Below, one piece after another: positions 1-9,588 of a stretch of DNA of 64,000 nucleotides. The stretch comes from a virus. The notes beneath the pieces were generated by a model. It saw nothing but the letters and a program-made list of their open reading frames with translations. It did not search any database and was not told where the DNA came from. The stretch spans positions 5,982-69,981 of the IMG/VR virus record IMGVR_UViG_3300042893_001701. One strand, written 5' to 3'. Positions within the stretch are counted from its first letter, which is position 1; each line of letters starts with the position of its first letter. Position numbers and translations under genes: made by a program.

Positions 1-184
1 TGTACGTACCAAACAAAGCTTTATGTAATTTTTCAAGATACTCGACCGTTACGTTAGCTTGAAGCTTAAGTGTATTAACAACTTGATTCCATTCTTGGAT
101 CGTTAAACTATTCGCGGCTTGTTTAACTTGTTCAACAATCCCGTTTCTAACTAATGTGGGTTTCTTTTCAAGAAAAACTGCCAT
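1..184 (-). CDS. Partial ORF running off the window (MAVFLEKKPTLVRNG...), probably structural
   Basis: ATG at 184 directly after the stop of 186..653; the frame stays open to position 1. Not in the ORF track. Confidence 0.65.
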   Translation of the reverse strand, partial: MAVFLEKKPTLVRNGIVEQVKQAANSLTIQEWNQVVNTLKLQANVTVEYLEKLHKALFGTY

Positions 185-185
185 G

Positions 186-653
186 TTATTTGTTTACTAC
201 GCCTAACACGTAGCCTTTAGAAAGAAGGTACAGTTCTTTATATTTAAGATGAAACGCATCAAACACACTAGCAACTGCCATGCTTCCAAACAATACAATG
301 ACTGTTTCAAAGTATGATGTAAACGCTACATCAATTGCATTTTCTATTACATACTTAAGTGTAAGACCTAATGTAATTAACACAATAAACAATAATATCT
401 TTGGGCTCGCTTTAACTAAACCTTTAAATAGACTAGGTTCCCATGCGCTAACCCATTGTGGTATATCTGAAGCTAGTTTAATAATTCCTATGGTGCCTAC
501 AATAATCGTTGGCATGACAAGTCTACTGGAAACAGGCGCCTCAGTAAATCCTAACTTAATTGCAAAGTATGCAAAAGGTAAAACATATCCTATTAGAAAT
601 CCAATCCAATAGTAAGTATTCTTTAACTTTGCATAGTTAGGTGTGGTGCTCAT
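186..653 (-). CDS. Membrane protein with about 4 TM helices
   Basis: Four hydrophobic stretches; TAATG coupling with the upstream ORF. Confidence 0.75.
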   Translation of the reverse strand: MSTTPNYAKLKNTYYWIGFLIGYVLPFAYFAIKLGFTEAPVSSRLVMPTIIVGTIGIIKLASDIPQWVSAWEPSLFKGLVKASPKILLFIVLITLGLTLKYVIENAIDVAFTSYFETVIVLFGSMAVASVFDAFHLKYKELYLLSKGYVLGVVNK

Positions 654-1153
654 TACTTCGCTCCTACGTATTTACTTAATAAATCTCCTGCGGCTTTAAC
701 AACAGTTTCAACTGTTTGTGTTACCACTTCTTGACTTACAATTGGTTTAGGTAATGTTGGTGTAACACTTGCACTTCCTTCAGAAACAACAGGTTTAACT
801 GTCATTAACTTAGTAAACTCTTCTTGTAAAGATAGTTTATCTTCAATTGGAAGTTTAGATGCAATGACAATATACGACAATGCCTTGAATGTAGCTAGGT
901 TAACTTGTTCTAAGTAACGATCCTTAGCTTCTAATTCTTGGTGTCGTGCTTCTAAAGCATTGTACTTTTGCGCAATGTCTTTGACTAACTGATTAGAGTT
1001 AGATAATTGACCCGTGCTTTGCATACGTAATGCATTGAACTGCAAGATAGACTTAACTTGCACAACAATAAACGTTAGCAGTGTACCTACAGTCACACCA
1101 CCCGCAATTGACACTCCCCAATACTCTTCTAAAAATTGAATAACTTGTTCCAT
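653..1153 (-). CDS. Membrane-anchored coiled-coil protein (holin-like or virion membrane protein)
   Basis: N-terminal TM segment WGVSIAGGVTVGTLLTFIVVQV followed by a heptad-like region; RBS AAAGGAGG. Confidence 0.7.
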   Translation of the reverse strand: MEQVIQFLEEYWGVSIAGGVTVGTLLTFIVVQVKSILQFNALRMQSTGQLSNSNQLVKDIAQKYNALEARHQELEAKDRYLEQVNLATFKALSYIVIASKLPIEDKLSLQEEFTKLMTVKPVVSEGSASVTPTLPKPIVSQEVVTQTVETVVKAAGDLLSKYVGAK

Positions 1154-1169
1154 AAATTATTCCTCCTTT

Positions 1170-2069
1170 CTATTTAGTCTGATTTTGACCAGTTACCTGG
1201 TTCGACACAGTCGACCATTGTTGAGACGTCCATCGTGTTGGATCATTACCATACAAAGTTGTCATCTGACGGATGGTTTGTTGATAAGCATCACCTGCAT
1301 CAGAGGCAGCCATACCAGCAGCAACTTGACCTCGTTGAGCAGACTGTGCTAAGAAGTCTGTATATGCTTGGTCTTGTGAAGTGTTCATACCAATTTGTGC
1401 TTGTAGTCTTTGATCATTTAACATTTGTGCATTTTGATTTAATGTATTAACATTCGTCATTAGCATCTGCATGTCTTGGTTTGCAATTTGAGATTCACTC
1501 ATACCAGCTCTTAATCGTGCCATACGTTCTGATCTTACTTGGTCTGTAATTTGTTTAACAGTACTTGCTTGTTGTAATGCTGCTTGCTGGAATCCTACAT
1601 CGGCCATTGTAGCAGCTTGCTGTGCTTGGTTAGCATAAGATTGTTCTAGTCGACCTAACATGTCTGCACCAGAAGTTCCAGCATCTAAAGAATAAAGATC
1701 ACGATAGTATTCATTAAAGGCTGATGTTTGGCCTGGTTCACTTTCAGGTGCTGTAAGACCTCTAGATCCTTGTGTTGTAAACCCAAACTTGCTTGGGTTT
1801 TGTGCAATGATACGTTCTTGTGCTTCAATCACATTATCCATTCGGTCGCCTTCAACACCACCACCAACGATACCTAAAGCGTTAATCTGTGTTCTACTTA
1901 AAGGTCCTCCGTTTTCATTAATTTGTGTAATTAATGTTTTAATTTCACCTTCTGTTAAATTAAAATAAGCATTAGTTCCACCCAAAGAAGTACTATACGT
2001 TGTTCCATCTACATCAACAGTAGATGCACCACCAAACTGTTGTAGATTAAGTCTAAATTTTAACTTCAT
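1170..2069 (-). CDS. Putative internal virion/ejection protein with N-terminal Prp-type cleavage motif
   Basis: Gln/Ala/Gly-rich helical composition typical of podovirus ejection proteins; lies downstream of the nozzle gene; starts MKLKFRLNLQQFGG. Confidence 0.6.
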   Translation of the reverse strand: MKLKFRLNLQQFGGASTVDVDGTTYSTSLGGTNAYFNLTEGEIKTLITQINENGGPLSRTQINALGIVGGGVEGDRMDNVIEAQERIIAQNPSKFGFTTQGSRGLTAPESEPGQTSAFNEYYRDLYSLDAGTSGADMLGRLEQSYANQAQQAATMADVGFQQAALQQASTVKQITDQVRSERMARLRAGMSESQIANQDMQMLMTNVNTLNQNAQMLNDQRLQAQIGMNTSQDQAYTDFLAQSAQRGQVAAGMAASDAGDAYQQTIRQMTTLYGNDPTRWTSQQWSTVSNQVTGQNQTK

Positions 2070-2527
2070 ATAATTTCTCCTTTCTCTTCAAGTTCTTTAA
2101 TAAGATTTTTATACATAAGAACTAAATCATTAATAGCTTTTTCGTGTTCAATAATTAAACGGTTGATAGTTTCTTTTAATGTTAATACTTCTAATTCAAG
2201 CGTGTGAATATACTTTTCAAAATCTGGACGAACAGGTTTAGTACCCGTTATCTGGTATTTATTATACGCTAATTCGCCTTGATAAATGTGAACAACTTTT
2301 TCATTATCATCATATAGCTTAACCACAAAAGAAATAACATTGTCAAAAGATTCTGGTAAACTAATTACAATATGGTTTCCTTTATATTGTTTTTCTTTAA
2401 TAAACAAAATAGGATGTAGGTGTTCAGTGTCAGATTCAAAAACATAGTGAATAGAAGTTTCCTTAATTAATTCAGGAACTTTCATAAGCAGAACTTCTAC
2501 TTTTTGATTCGTTAGTTTTAAAATCAT
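2066..2527 (-). CDS. Hypothetical protein with C-terminal coiled coil
   Basis: ORF with 4-bp overlaps to both neighbours. Confidence 0.7.
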   Translation of the reverse strand: MILKLTNQKVEVLLMKVPELIKETSIHYVFESDTEHLHPILFIKEKQYKGNHIVISLPESFDNVISFVVKLYDDNEKVVHIYQGELAYNKYQITGTKPVRPDFEKYIHTLELEVLTLKETINRLIIEHEKAINDLVLMYKNLIKELEEKGEII

Positions 2528-5500
2528 ACTCTTCTCTCCTTATAAATAATACCAAAGTTTTGCAGTTTATATAAACCTTTTGATATAAATTGAAGTTTAA
2601 GTCTAAATACTTTACCTAATCCTAGTATACTTGTTCGATGTGTAAGTAGTTTGCTAGATGAATAGTCTGAAAAATCCATCAATATATTATTGTTTTCAAA
2701 AAGATTATTAGTTAAGGAATATTTAATAACATCAGTAGCTGTGTTTGAAATCATATTAACATCAACAAGTTCAATTAAATCTTTATTATCAGCTTTAGAA
2801 ACTGTAACATAGTACGAAATATTATTTGAATCAATAACTTCTAGTTGTTGGTTATAAAAAGGTTTAGCAACAATTTCATCGATCATTGTTTCAAGATTAA
2901 ATAATACATTGCTTGCATTAAGATTTTTAAAAGTAACATGTAAGTCGCGGAATCGTTTAAAAAGATGGTTGTTTAAATTCATATTACCTGTATCAATTAA
3001 ACAGTTAATACCTTCTTTTTTAAAATTATTAGTAAATGTCATATCAACGTGGTTGTCTCTAATGTTTGGTTCTACGTAAGGCATTGTAAAATAAAGATTG
3101 TTATTTTGCTTTGTAATAAATAAATCTCCGCTTTGAATAAACCATTTATCAAATATTTCTGTAAACGTTAAAGTATCATAAGTAGTATAGCGATTATTAA
3201 TAACATCATAAATCAACATGTAAGTAATAACGCCTGGTACATAGTATAAAATTTTAATAAAGTTAATAGACACTAAAGCTTTAATTTTAACTTCTTCTTT
3301 TGTAATACGCATAGCACTTCCATAAGAAGCTAAACGTTCGTTTATATAATTATGATAGTTTTTAAGAATATCATTGGCTGCTTTATTTAAAAATTGAATA
3401 CTAAAACGAGTTTCGCTGTCAATAGTATTACTTGGACGTATCATAAATAATTGTCCATCTTCAGAATAAAATAAAACCATTTGATTAAATATTTGAATAA
3501 CATCTGCATAGTCAATATTAACAAGAAGATTATATAAAACAATTTGTTTAAGCCAGGCTGAACCAGTTACATTTTGTTCAATTTGATTTGTAGCTGTGTT
3601 AAGTTGCGTACTAAGTGTTTCAACACGATACACGGCGTAAAGATGTTGTATTGTAAATACAAGAATAATTGTTTTGTACTGTAATACTTTTACAATTTTT
3701 TCTCCAAACTCAATACGGTTACGTTCTTTAAACCAATAAAACTTACCTTCTTCAGAAATATATAAAACATTATCTTTCCATAACAGTAATCGACTGTTTT
3801 CAAAAACAGTCATTGTATTACTTGATTGTATCTTTCCTGGAATAGTATCTAGTTCTTTATCAATATACGTAACACTTAAAGCATCGTATCCATAAGTGAC
3901 ATTAAATGATTGTGTAAAAGAAGCAGCTCCCCACGCTACTTTAATTGTTTCAAGTTCTTCAAAATCTTTATCAGTAATTTCAGATTCTTCATAAGGACGT
4001 ATGTAAAAAATTCCACTAACATTTTTATCAAAAAATCCTAATGATTTGAGATTAGGTTTATTTAAACTTATAGGTGTCATATACCCTGTGTACCCTGTGC
4101 TGTTATTCCACTTATAAAAAAATCCAGTACGTGTATCTTTATATAAAGAATTTTGTATAAAAGAAGTTGCAGGAGGTGTTCCTGAACTATTTATTGCTAC
4201 CCATGTATTCCCTGAAGGAGAAGTAGTTTGCCTATAAATAGGACTAACTGTTGTACCTCCTATTACAACCGAAGGTGTTTGGATCACAGTATTAAAAGCA
4301 GCAGTAACAACTCCGTTAGGATTTGTAGCGTAATAATAAGGCGGCTGTTGCGTTCCGTAACTGTGAAACAAAGCTGAACTTGTAAAATCTATTGTAGTAG
4401 ATAATGTTGTACTTTCTAAAGTATTTAAATCTGTTTTTAGAACATACTCAAGTTTACTCCAGTCGTATTCAAAAAAACCTTCGCTATTATTAGACACGCC
4501 GTTATATACGTTAATATAATCAACATAAGGATTTACAGTAACATCAGTATCACTTGGTTTCCAATAATTTAATTCATTAAATACCCAACGGTAAGTAAAT
4601 TTTTGTGAATTAGGAACAGTAGTTACAGGTGTCATTCTCCCTGTTTTGCCTGTAGCAGCTTCCCACAAATAATATTTTTCTGTACGTGTATCATAATAAT
4701 AATTTCCAGTAATAAAATTAGTAGTAGTTGCTACACCTGTACCTTGACTAATCCAAGCAGCTCCTGATGTGTGTTTAAATACAGTATAAGGACTATTACT
4801 ATGTTGTATAATTGTTCCTAAAACTCTACCTTCTGTTGTTGCAGGCATTGTCGCAGCAAACTCAGGCGTTTCATCGCCAAACAAACTACTACTTGCAAAG
4901 TTAACAACTGTATTTGTTTCTAATCTAGTGTCATTAGAACCAAACGGTAGTAATTTAAAAACAATATCTTTATTATCTACATTAAAAATACCTTCGTTTT
5001 TAATACGCGTAATTAATTCTTCATCGTTTAAAAAAATATTATACAAATCGCCAGCAGTTTCTTTTTCTATAATATGCGTTTCTACTTGATAGTTGCTTGA
5101 ACCATTCATAGATTCATCAAATGTTTGATAAATATCACTTGAAGGACTTGCTTGTATATCATACAAATAAAATAAAGCATTATTACCTAAAGTTGTAATA
5201 GTTTCGATTAATGTTTTTATATCTTTAATTTTATTAATTTCAGTAATCCAGTTGTTTTGACGGTTAATTAAATCATTGTAGCTAAGAAAAAAAGGAGCGG
5301 ATGCAATTGGATCAAAGTCTCCATCTTGATTTGTTCTAGGAAAAGTTTCTGTTACAACACCATCAGTTTTTACAAGTGAACTTACACTAGGCACTAAATC
5401 TCTAGGCATAACAAAAATAGTATAACGTGCACCTTTATAGTGTCTAAGTTGTCTATTAGATGCTGTTAAAGAAATAACACTGTTTCTATTACCTTTTGGA

Positions 5501-6558
5501 AATACTTCAATAGGTCTAGAAAATTTATCGCTGTATTTCATCCAAGGCGATTTAAACAAAGTTGCTTTGTCTTTAGAAGATATATCAACACTACTATTAA
5601 ATATTTCAAACTTATAAGCCCATTTATCTGTTGAACCTGGTTCATTATTAAGATCAACATAAGCAGGATTTAAAGTAAAAAATGGTTTAATATTGTAATT
5701 AATATTTTTAAAAATAAGATTATTAACATATTCTTCTTGATCATTGTAAATATAAATAAAATTACCTAGACTACTAATATGCCCATCAGGTCTAGTTGCT
5801 TGAGTATACAATGTTTGAAATGTACTAGGAATAATAGACTTAGCTACTGCAATATTACGTTCGCTTGGAGCAAGTGTAGGATGCTCAAACATATAAGGAA
5901 GTCCTTCAATAATAAGTGTGTCTGCTGCGTAGGGTCCTATTGCAGTTTGACGGTAACGAAGTTGGATAATAAAATTAAAAGCTGTTTGTCCATTAACACC
6001 AGTATCTAATGTAACTTTTACTAAAGCCCGACTAATTCCATTTTCATCATAAATGTGTTCTATTTTTGTATCAGGTATAGGTTTAATAGATGTAATAAAT
6101 TGTGTAATTGTTGCTGCTAATGTTGTGGTATTTTTATAAGCAGCGACATAACTTACTTGTGGAATTAACACTTGCGTAAATAAATCATCCCAGTGCTTAT
6201 TAGCAATTACAGATTTAATAGGTAAATAATATGCTTCATCTTTACCTACATTGTATGCTGATACATCTGCTATGTATGCTGCATTACTAAATATGTCAAA
6301 CAATATATAATCACCTAAAGTATTATCTTTATAAATAATAGTTTTATCACTTAATGAAATATGATTAGCATTTTTTAATATTGTAGTTAAAAAACCATCA
6401 CGTGGTTCTACGGATTGTCCTGTGTCAGACACATCAAAGTTTACCATGTGTTTAAACAGTCCTTCGTTTAAAGGATCCGTAGTTGCAACAATTCCTAGGT
6501 ATCTAGTGTTATCGTAATATGATTTTTCAGGGTACCCCTGTACAGCTTTTCTAGCCAT
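2524..6558 (-). CDS. Putative tail nozzle / tail tubular protein B-like, with inserted repeats
   Basis: 1344 aa, beta-rich, directly after the adaptor. N-terminal 'MVNFDVSDTGQSVEPRDG' and C-terminal 'GKVFRLKL' resemble the P22 gp10/T7 gp12-type layout (positional inference). Confidence 0.6.
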   Translation of the reverse strand: MARKAVQGYPEKSYYDNTRYLGIVATTDPLNEGLFKHMVNFDVSDTGQSVEPRDGFLTTILKNANHISLSDKTIIYKDNTLGDYILFDIFSNAAYIADVSAYNVGKDEAYYLPIKSVIANKHWDDLFTQVLIPQVSYVAAYKNTTTLAATITQFITSIKPIPDTKIEHIYDENGISRALVKVTLDTGVNGQTAFNFIIQLRYRQTAIGPYAADTLIIEGLPYMFEHPTLAPSERNIAVAKSIIPSTFQTLYTQATRPDGHISSLGNFIYIYNDQEEYVNNLIFKNINYNIKPFFTLNPAYVDLNNEPGSTDKWAYKFEIFNSSVDISSKDKATLFKSPWMKYSDKFSRPIEVFPKGNRNSVISLTASNRQLRHYKGARYTIFVMPRDLVPSVSSLVKTDGVVTETFPRTNQDGDFDPIASAPFFLSYNDLINRQNNWITEINKIKDIKTLIETITTLGNNALFYLYDIQASPSSDIYQTFDESMNGSSNYQVETHIIEKETAGDLYNIFLNDEELITRIKNEGIFNVDNKDIVFKLLPFGSNDTRLETNTVVNFASSSLFGDETPEFAATMPATTEGRVLGTIIQHSNSPYTVFKHTSGAAWISQGTGVATTTNFITGNYYYDTRTEKYYLWEAATGKTGRMTPVTTVPNSQKFTYRWVFNELNYWKPSDTDVTVNPYVDYINVYNGVSNNSEGFFEYDWSKLEYVLKTDLNTLESTTLSTTIDFTSSALFHSYGTQQPPYYYATNPNGVVTAAFNTVIQTPSVVIGGTTVSPIYRQTTSPSGNTWVAINSSGTPPATSFIQNSLYKDTRTGFFYKWNNSTGYTGYMTPISLNKPNLKSLGFFDKNVSGIFYIRPYEESEITDKDFEELETIKVAWGAASFTQSFNVTYGYDALSVTYIDKELDTIPGKIQSSNTMTVFENSRLLLWKDNVLYISEEGKFYWFKERNRIEFGEKIVKVLQYKTIILVFTIQHLYAVYRVETLSTQLNTATNQIEQNVTGSAWLKQIVLYNLLVNIDYADVIQIFNQMVLFYSEDGQLFMIRPSNTIDSETRFSIQFLNKAANDILKNYHNYINERLASYGSAMRITKEEVKIKALVSINFIKILYYVPGVITYMLIYDVINNRYTTYDTLTFTEIFDKWFIQSGDLFITKQNNNLYFTMPYVEPNIRDNHVDMTFTNNFKKEGINCLIDTGNMNLNNHLFKRFRDLHVTFKNLNASNVLFNLETMIDEIVAKPFYNQQLEVIDSNNISYYVTVSKADNKDLIELVDVNMISNTATDVIKYSLTNNLFENNNILMDFSDYSSSKLLTHRTSILGLGKVFRLKLQFISKGLYKLQNFGIIYKERRV

Positions 6559-8086
6559 TATAACCCCATAAAATTTCTACATTATAACTAGTATCTGAAG
6601 TGTTACCTGCAACATTTTTAGCATACCATCCTGTAAATGTCATTAATGTTCCTGTAGCATTTGCAGTAGCATTATTACTAATTTGAATAGTTGTTGAACC
6701 TACAGCTGTAACAACCGTATTAGCAGGTATATTAGTACCTGTAATATTTTGACCAACACTTATGCCGGCTGTAACATTTGCTGAAGACGAAGCAGTAAGA
6801 GTATTACTACCTGATGTTGTATTGTAATTTTGTGTTAATGGATTCGCTGGCACAGTAGCCCAACCTGCTGGTTTGTTAATTTCTAACACACGTGTTTTAA
6901 TAACAAGTCGTTTTCCAAGTTTAACTGGAAACGCATTTCCTTCAATAGTTACTACTGAGTCAGGTATTACAATTTCAAATAATGCCGGTGTATCAGCAAA
7001 AGCATTAGCTCTTATTGTTTGCAATCCTTGATTTAATGAAATTGTATGTCCTTTAAAACCATTAAAAGCATTTGCTTGAAGTTCTAAAATACTCTTAGGT
7101 AAATAAATACCTTGTGTTAATAAATCTGTAGCTGGCGGTGCTGGGTCATTAATAAAATTACTTCTAATTGTTTTAGCTATAATGCTTCCAATAGTTTCTG
7201 GAATAATTAAATTTATAAGGTTAGGACGTGCAGCTGATGAAATATTAACTAATCCTAAATTTGTAATTTCTAAAGTTCTAATGAAACTCCAAAAAGCATA
7301 CAGACTAAGATCAGCACGCATAATAATTGTTACGCCTGCTGTAAGTTGGTTAACTGTATAACCATTTGCTGCAGTAACACCGATTTCATTAAGAACTTTT
7401 TGTTGCCTAGTCCAACCATTAAATGTGTATATAAATTGACCATCAATAGAAGCAAATACATTATTGGGTGCTTGAGGAAATAAAAGTACAGCTGGTTTTT
7501 CATACAAATATACATTAAGATCTTTCGTAAAAGAATTACCTTCAGGTATATAAAGGTTGTTATTGTCTGGATAATAGTTAATTCTAAATTGAAATGTAGG
7601 AATATTTAAATTACGTTCATTATGTTGGATAAGACCTTGTGCTGTATCTAACCCAAAAAATACGCCTTGGTCTGAGTTTTGTCTAAATTCAACAGGAACA
7701 CTATTAAATTCTTTTTGGAACATATCAAACAAACCTTCTTGCATTTCAAGTAAGTACTTATTATAAATAGTAGTAAACTCTTCATCTCTTGCTAATATTT
7801 CTGAAGCAATGTAAGGAATAATTACGCTGTGAAAAAACTCTTCTTTTATAATTTCAAAGTCTTCTATTCTAGTTATATTTCCAGCTGCATCTTTTTCAGT
7901 TCGAGGAATACTATAAGTATCATTTGGTGATTTCATAGTAGTTGAAAGCTTTGGATACTTTGTACCCAAAAAACTATTAATTTTATTAATCGCTTTGTCC
8001 GCATCGTACTTAACATCAAACCAAGTAAGGTTGTACCTTAAGGTTAACTGATTAAGACGTAACAGCAATTCTTCTTGTGTTAACAT
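6551..8086 (-). CDS. Putative head-tail adaptor fused to InlB B-repeat and BspA-type LRR domains
   Basis: N-terminal helical adaptor-like region (DKAINKIN...IIPYIASEIL); YTFNGW...LYAFW repeat; LRR_5 units (LPKSILELQANAF, LNQGLQTIRANAF, IPDSVVTIEGNAF). Confidence 0.6.
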   Translation of the reverse strand: MLTQEELLLRLNQLTLRYNLTWFDVKYDADKAINKINSFLGTKYPKLSTTMKSPNDTYSIPRTEKDAAGNITRIEDFEIIKEEFFHSVIIPYIASEILARDEEFTTIYNKYLLEMQEGLFDMFQKEFNSVPVEFRQNSDQGVFFGLDTAQGLIQHNERNLNIPTFQFRINYYPDNNNLYIPEGNSFTKDLNVYLYEKPAVLLFPQAPNNVFASIDGQFIYTFNGWTRQQKVLNEIGVTAANGYTVNQLTAGVTIIMRADLSLYAFWSFIRTLEITNLGLVNISSAARPNLINLIIPETIGSIIAKTIRSNFINDPAPPATDLLTQGIYLPKSILELQANAFNGFKGHTISLNQGLQTIRANAFADTPALFEIVIPDSVVTIEGNAFPVKLGKRLVIKTRVLEINKPAGWATVPANPLTQNYNTTSGSNTLTASSSANVTAGISVGQNITGTNIPANTVVTAVGSTTIQISNNATANATGTLMTFTGWYAKNVAGNTSDTSYNVEILWGYNG

Positions 8087-8108
8087 TTCAAAAGATCCTC
8101 ACATTTTG

Positions 8109-8117
8109 ATTATAGCA
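8109..8117 (-). promoter_or_regulatory. Extended -10 promoter (TGCTATAAT)
   Basis: Perfect TGnTATAAT between a terminator and the adaptor start. Confidence 0.6.
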
Positions 8118-8147
8118 CAAAAGTTTTTAAACAATAGTTCAATTAGT

Positions 8148-8170
8148 AAAAACACACCCGAAGGTGTGTC
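8148..8170 (-). terminator. Intrinsic terminator
   Basis: ACACACC-TTCG-GGTGTGT followed by a T-run on the minus strand, just after the 8178 stop. Confidence 0.8.
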
Positions 8171-8177
8171 TTTAGTT

Positions 8178-9077
8178 TTATTTCTTACGATTACTTGCTT
8201 CAGTCAGTAAGTCTGATAACGATACGCCGTTGTTATTAATAGGTTTAGGTTGTGTGCTTTGTGCTGGGTTAGCGACTGGAACTTTAGTTTGTCTTGCACG
8301 TTCTTCTTCCCACTTACCTTTAGCTTGTGTAACAGCGGTATCAATTTGTTGTTTTAATAACTTGTCACGATAAACAAGGATATAAAGATCTTGTAGGTCT
8401 CCGCCTTGAGCTAACCATTGATACGGGTTTTTCTTGACAGACATCGCATCTTTGAAGAAGTTATTAACGTCCGCACCTTTAATATTCATATTTTGTTGAA
8501 GATTATTAAGGGCACGGTCCATGGTAATTTGAAGTCTTTGCTTTTGAATTTCAACTTTTTCTCTATCAATACGTTCAATTTCAGCTTGGACTTCAGGAGT
8601 AATGCCTTTGGCTTCTGCTTTGACAACGGTATCTGATTTATCCATTGCAGCAGCCATCGCGTCATAATCCATTTTACCTTCCTTCATGAATTCTTTTAAT
8701 TTAAATTCATAAGTACCAGCAGTATAACGTTGTACAAGTGCTTCAATTCTTTCTTTACTAGCTTTTTCAGTGGCGTACTTATCCCGAATTTCTTTCATCG
8801 GGTTAACTTTGCCATCTTTCTTTTCTTCTGGTTTAGCTTCAGCAGCTGGTTTAACATCAACTGGTTTGGTTTCAGCTGGTTTAACTTCAGCAGTTGTCGG
8901 CGCTGGCGTAGGTTCAGCTAATTTAGCTTGAACTAATTGATCAGCAGCTTTGTCAGTAACAGTTGCAACATCTGCTTTTGGTTGTTCAGTTGGAGTTGGA
9001 GCTGGAGTAGGTGTTGGAGTAGGTGCATTACCTGCTGCTTGACTTAAAGCTTCACCTAACGAAATTTTGTCTGCCAT
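8178..9077 (-). CDS. Putative capsid scaffolding protein
   Basis: Pro/Thr/Ala/Glu-rich disordered N-terminus, charged helical core, strong RBS GGAGGT and its own terminator. Confidence 0.55.
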   Translation of the reverse strand: MADKISLGEALSQAAGNAPTPTPTPAPTPTEQPKADVATVTDKAADQLVQAKLAEPTPAPTTAEVKPAETKPVDVKPAAEAKPEEKKDGKVNPMKEIRDKYATEKASKERIEALVQRYTAGTYEFKLKEFMKEGKMDYDAMAAAMDKSDTVVKAEAKGITPEVQAEIERIDREKVEIQKQRLQITMDRALNNLQQNMNIKGADVNNFFKDAMSVKKNPYQWLAQGGDLQDLYILVYRDKLLKQQIDTAVTQAKGKWEEERARQTKVPVANPAQSTQPKPINNNGVSLSDLLTEASNRKK

Positions 9078-9079
9078 AA

Positions 9080-9232
9080 TTATTTACCTCCTTCAGGTTT
9101 TTTTGGCTCTTGTGCATTAAGAGTTTCTACAATCGTTTCAATAAACTTAGCAACTTGATCATATGGTAATCTAGCTAACGAGTTTAGAATAACTTTAACT
9201 TCTTCGACGGTGAATTCAAATTTATATTTCAT
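9080..9232 (-). CDS. Small hypothetical protein, 50 aa (MKYKFEFTVEEVKVILNSLARLPYDQV...)
   Basis: Translated by hand; RBS AAAGGAGG; fills the gap between neighbours. Confidence 0.7.
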   Translation of the reverse strand: MKYKFEFTVEEVKVILNSLARLPYDQVAKFIETIVETLNAQEPKKPEGGK

Positions 9233-9234
9233 GT

Positions 9235-9588
9235 TTATTTTCCTCCTTTAAACATTTTTAATAAATCGATATATAGTTTGGCGTGTACAATGGATTTGTT
9301 TATTTTATTTTTAATAAACTTTTCAACTTCTTCTTGTGATGCTATAACAGGATTATCCCTAATAATGGTTTCAATATCTTGGATAGTTGCCAGGTTTACA
9401 TCAATGCTTTGATCAACTATAGTAGTAGACTTTGGTATATGTATATCAGGAACTTTTTTACCTAAAGATAGTTTTGATACATAAGATGCTGAGACTCCAT
9501 ATTTTTTTGCAGCATCTTTGTTTAACATACCTAACCCCACGTCAGCTAAGATTTGCATATCAATATCTGCGCTAATTCGTTTTGGCAT
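9235..9588 (-). CDS. HTH DNA-binding protein
   Basis: NKDAAKKYGVSASYVSKL helix-turn-helix pattern. Confidence 0.7.
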   Translation of the reverse strand: MPKRISADIDMQILADVGLGMLNKDAAKKYGVSASYVSKLSLGKKVPDIHIPKSTTIVDQSIDVNLATIQDIETIIRDNPVIASQEEVEKFIKNKINKSIVHAKLYIDLLKMFKGGK

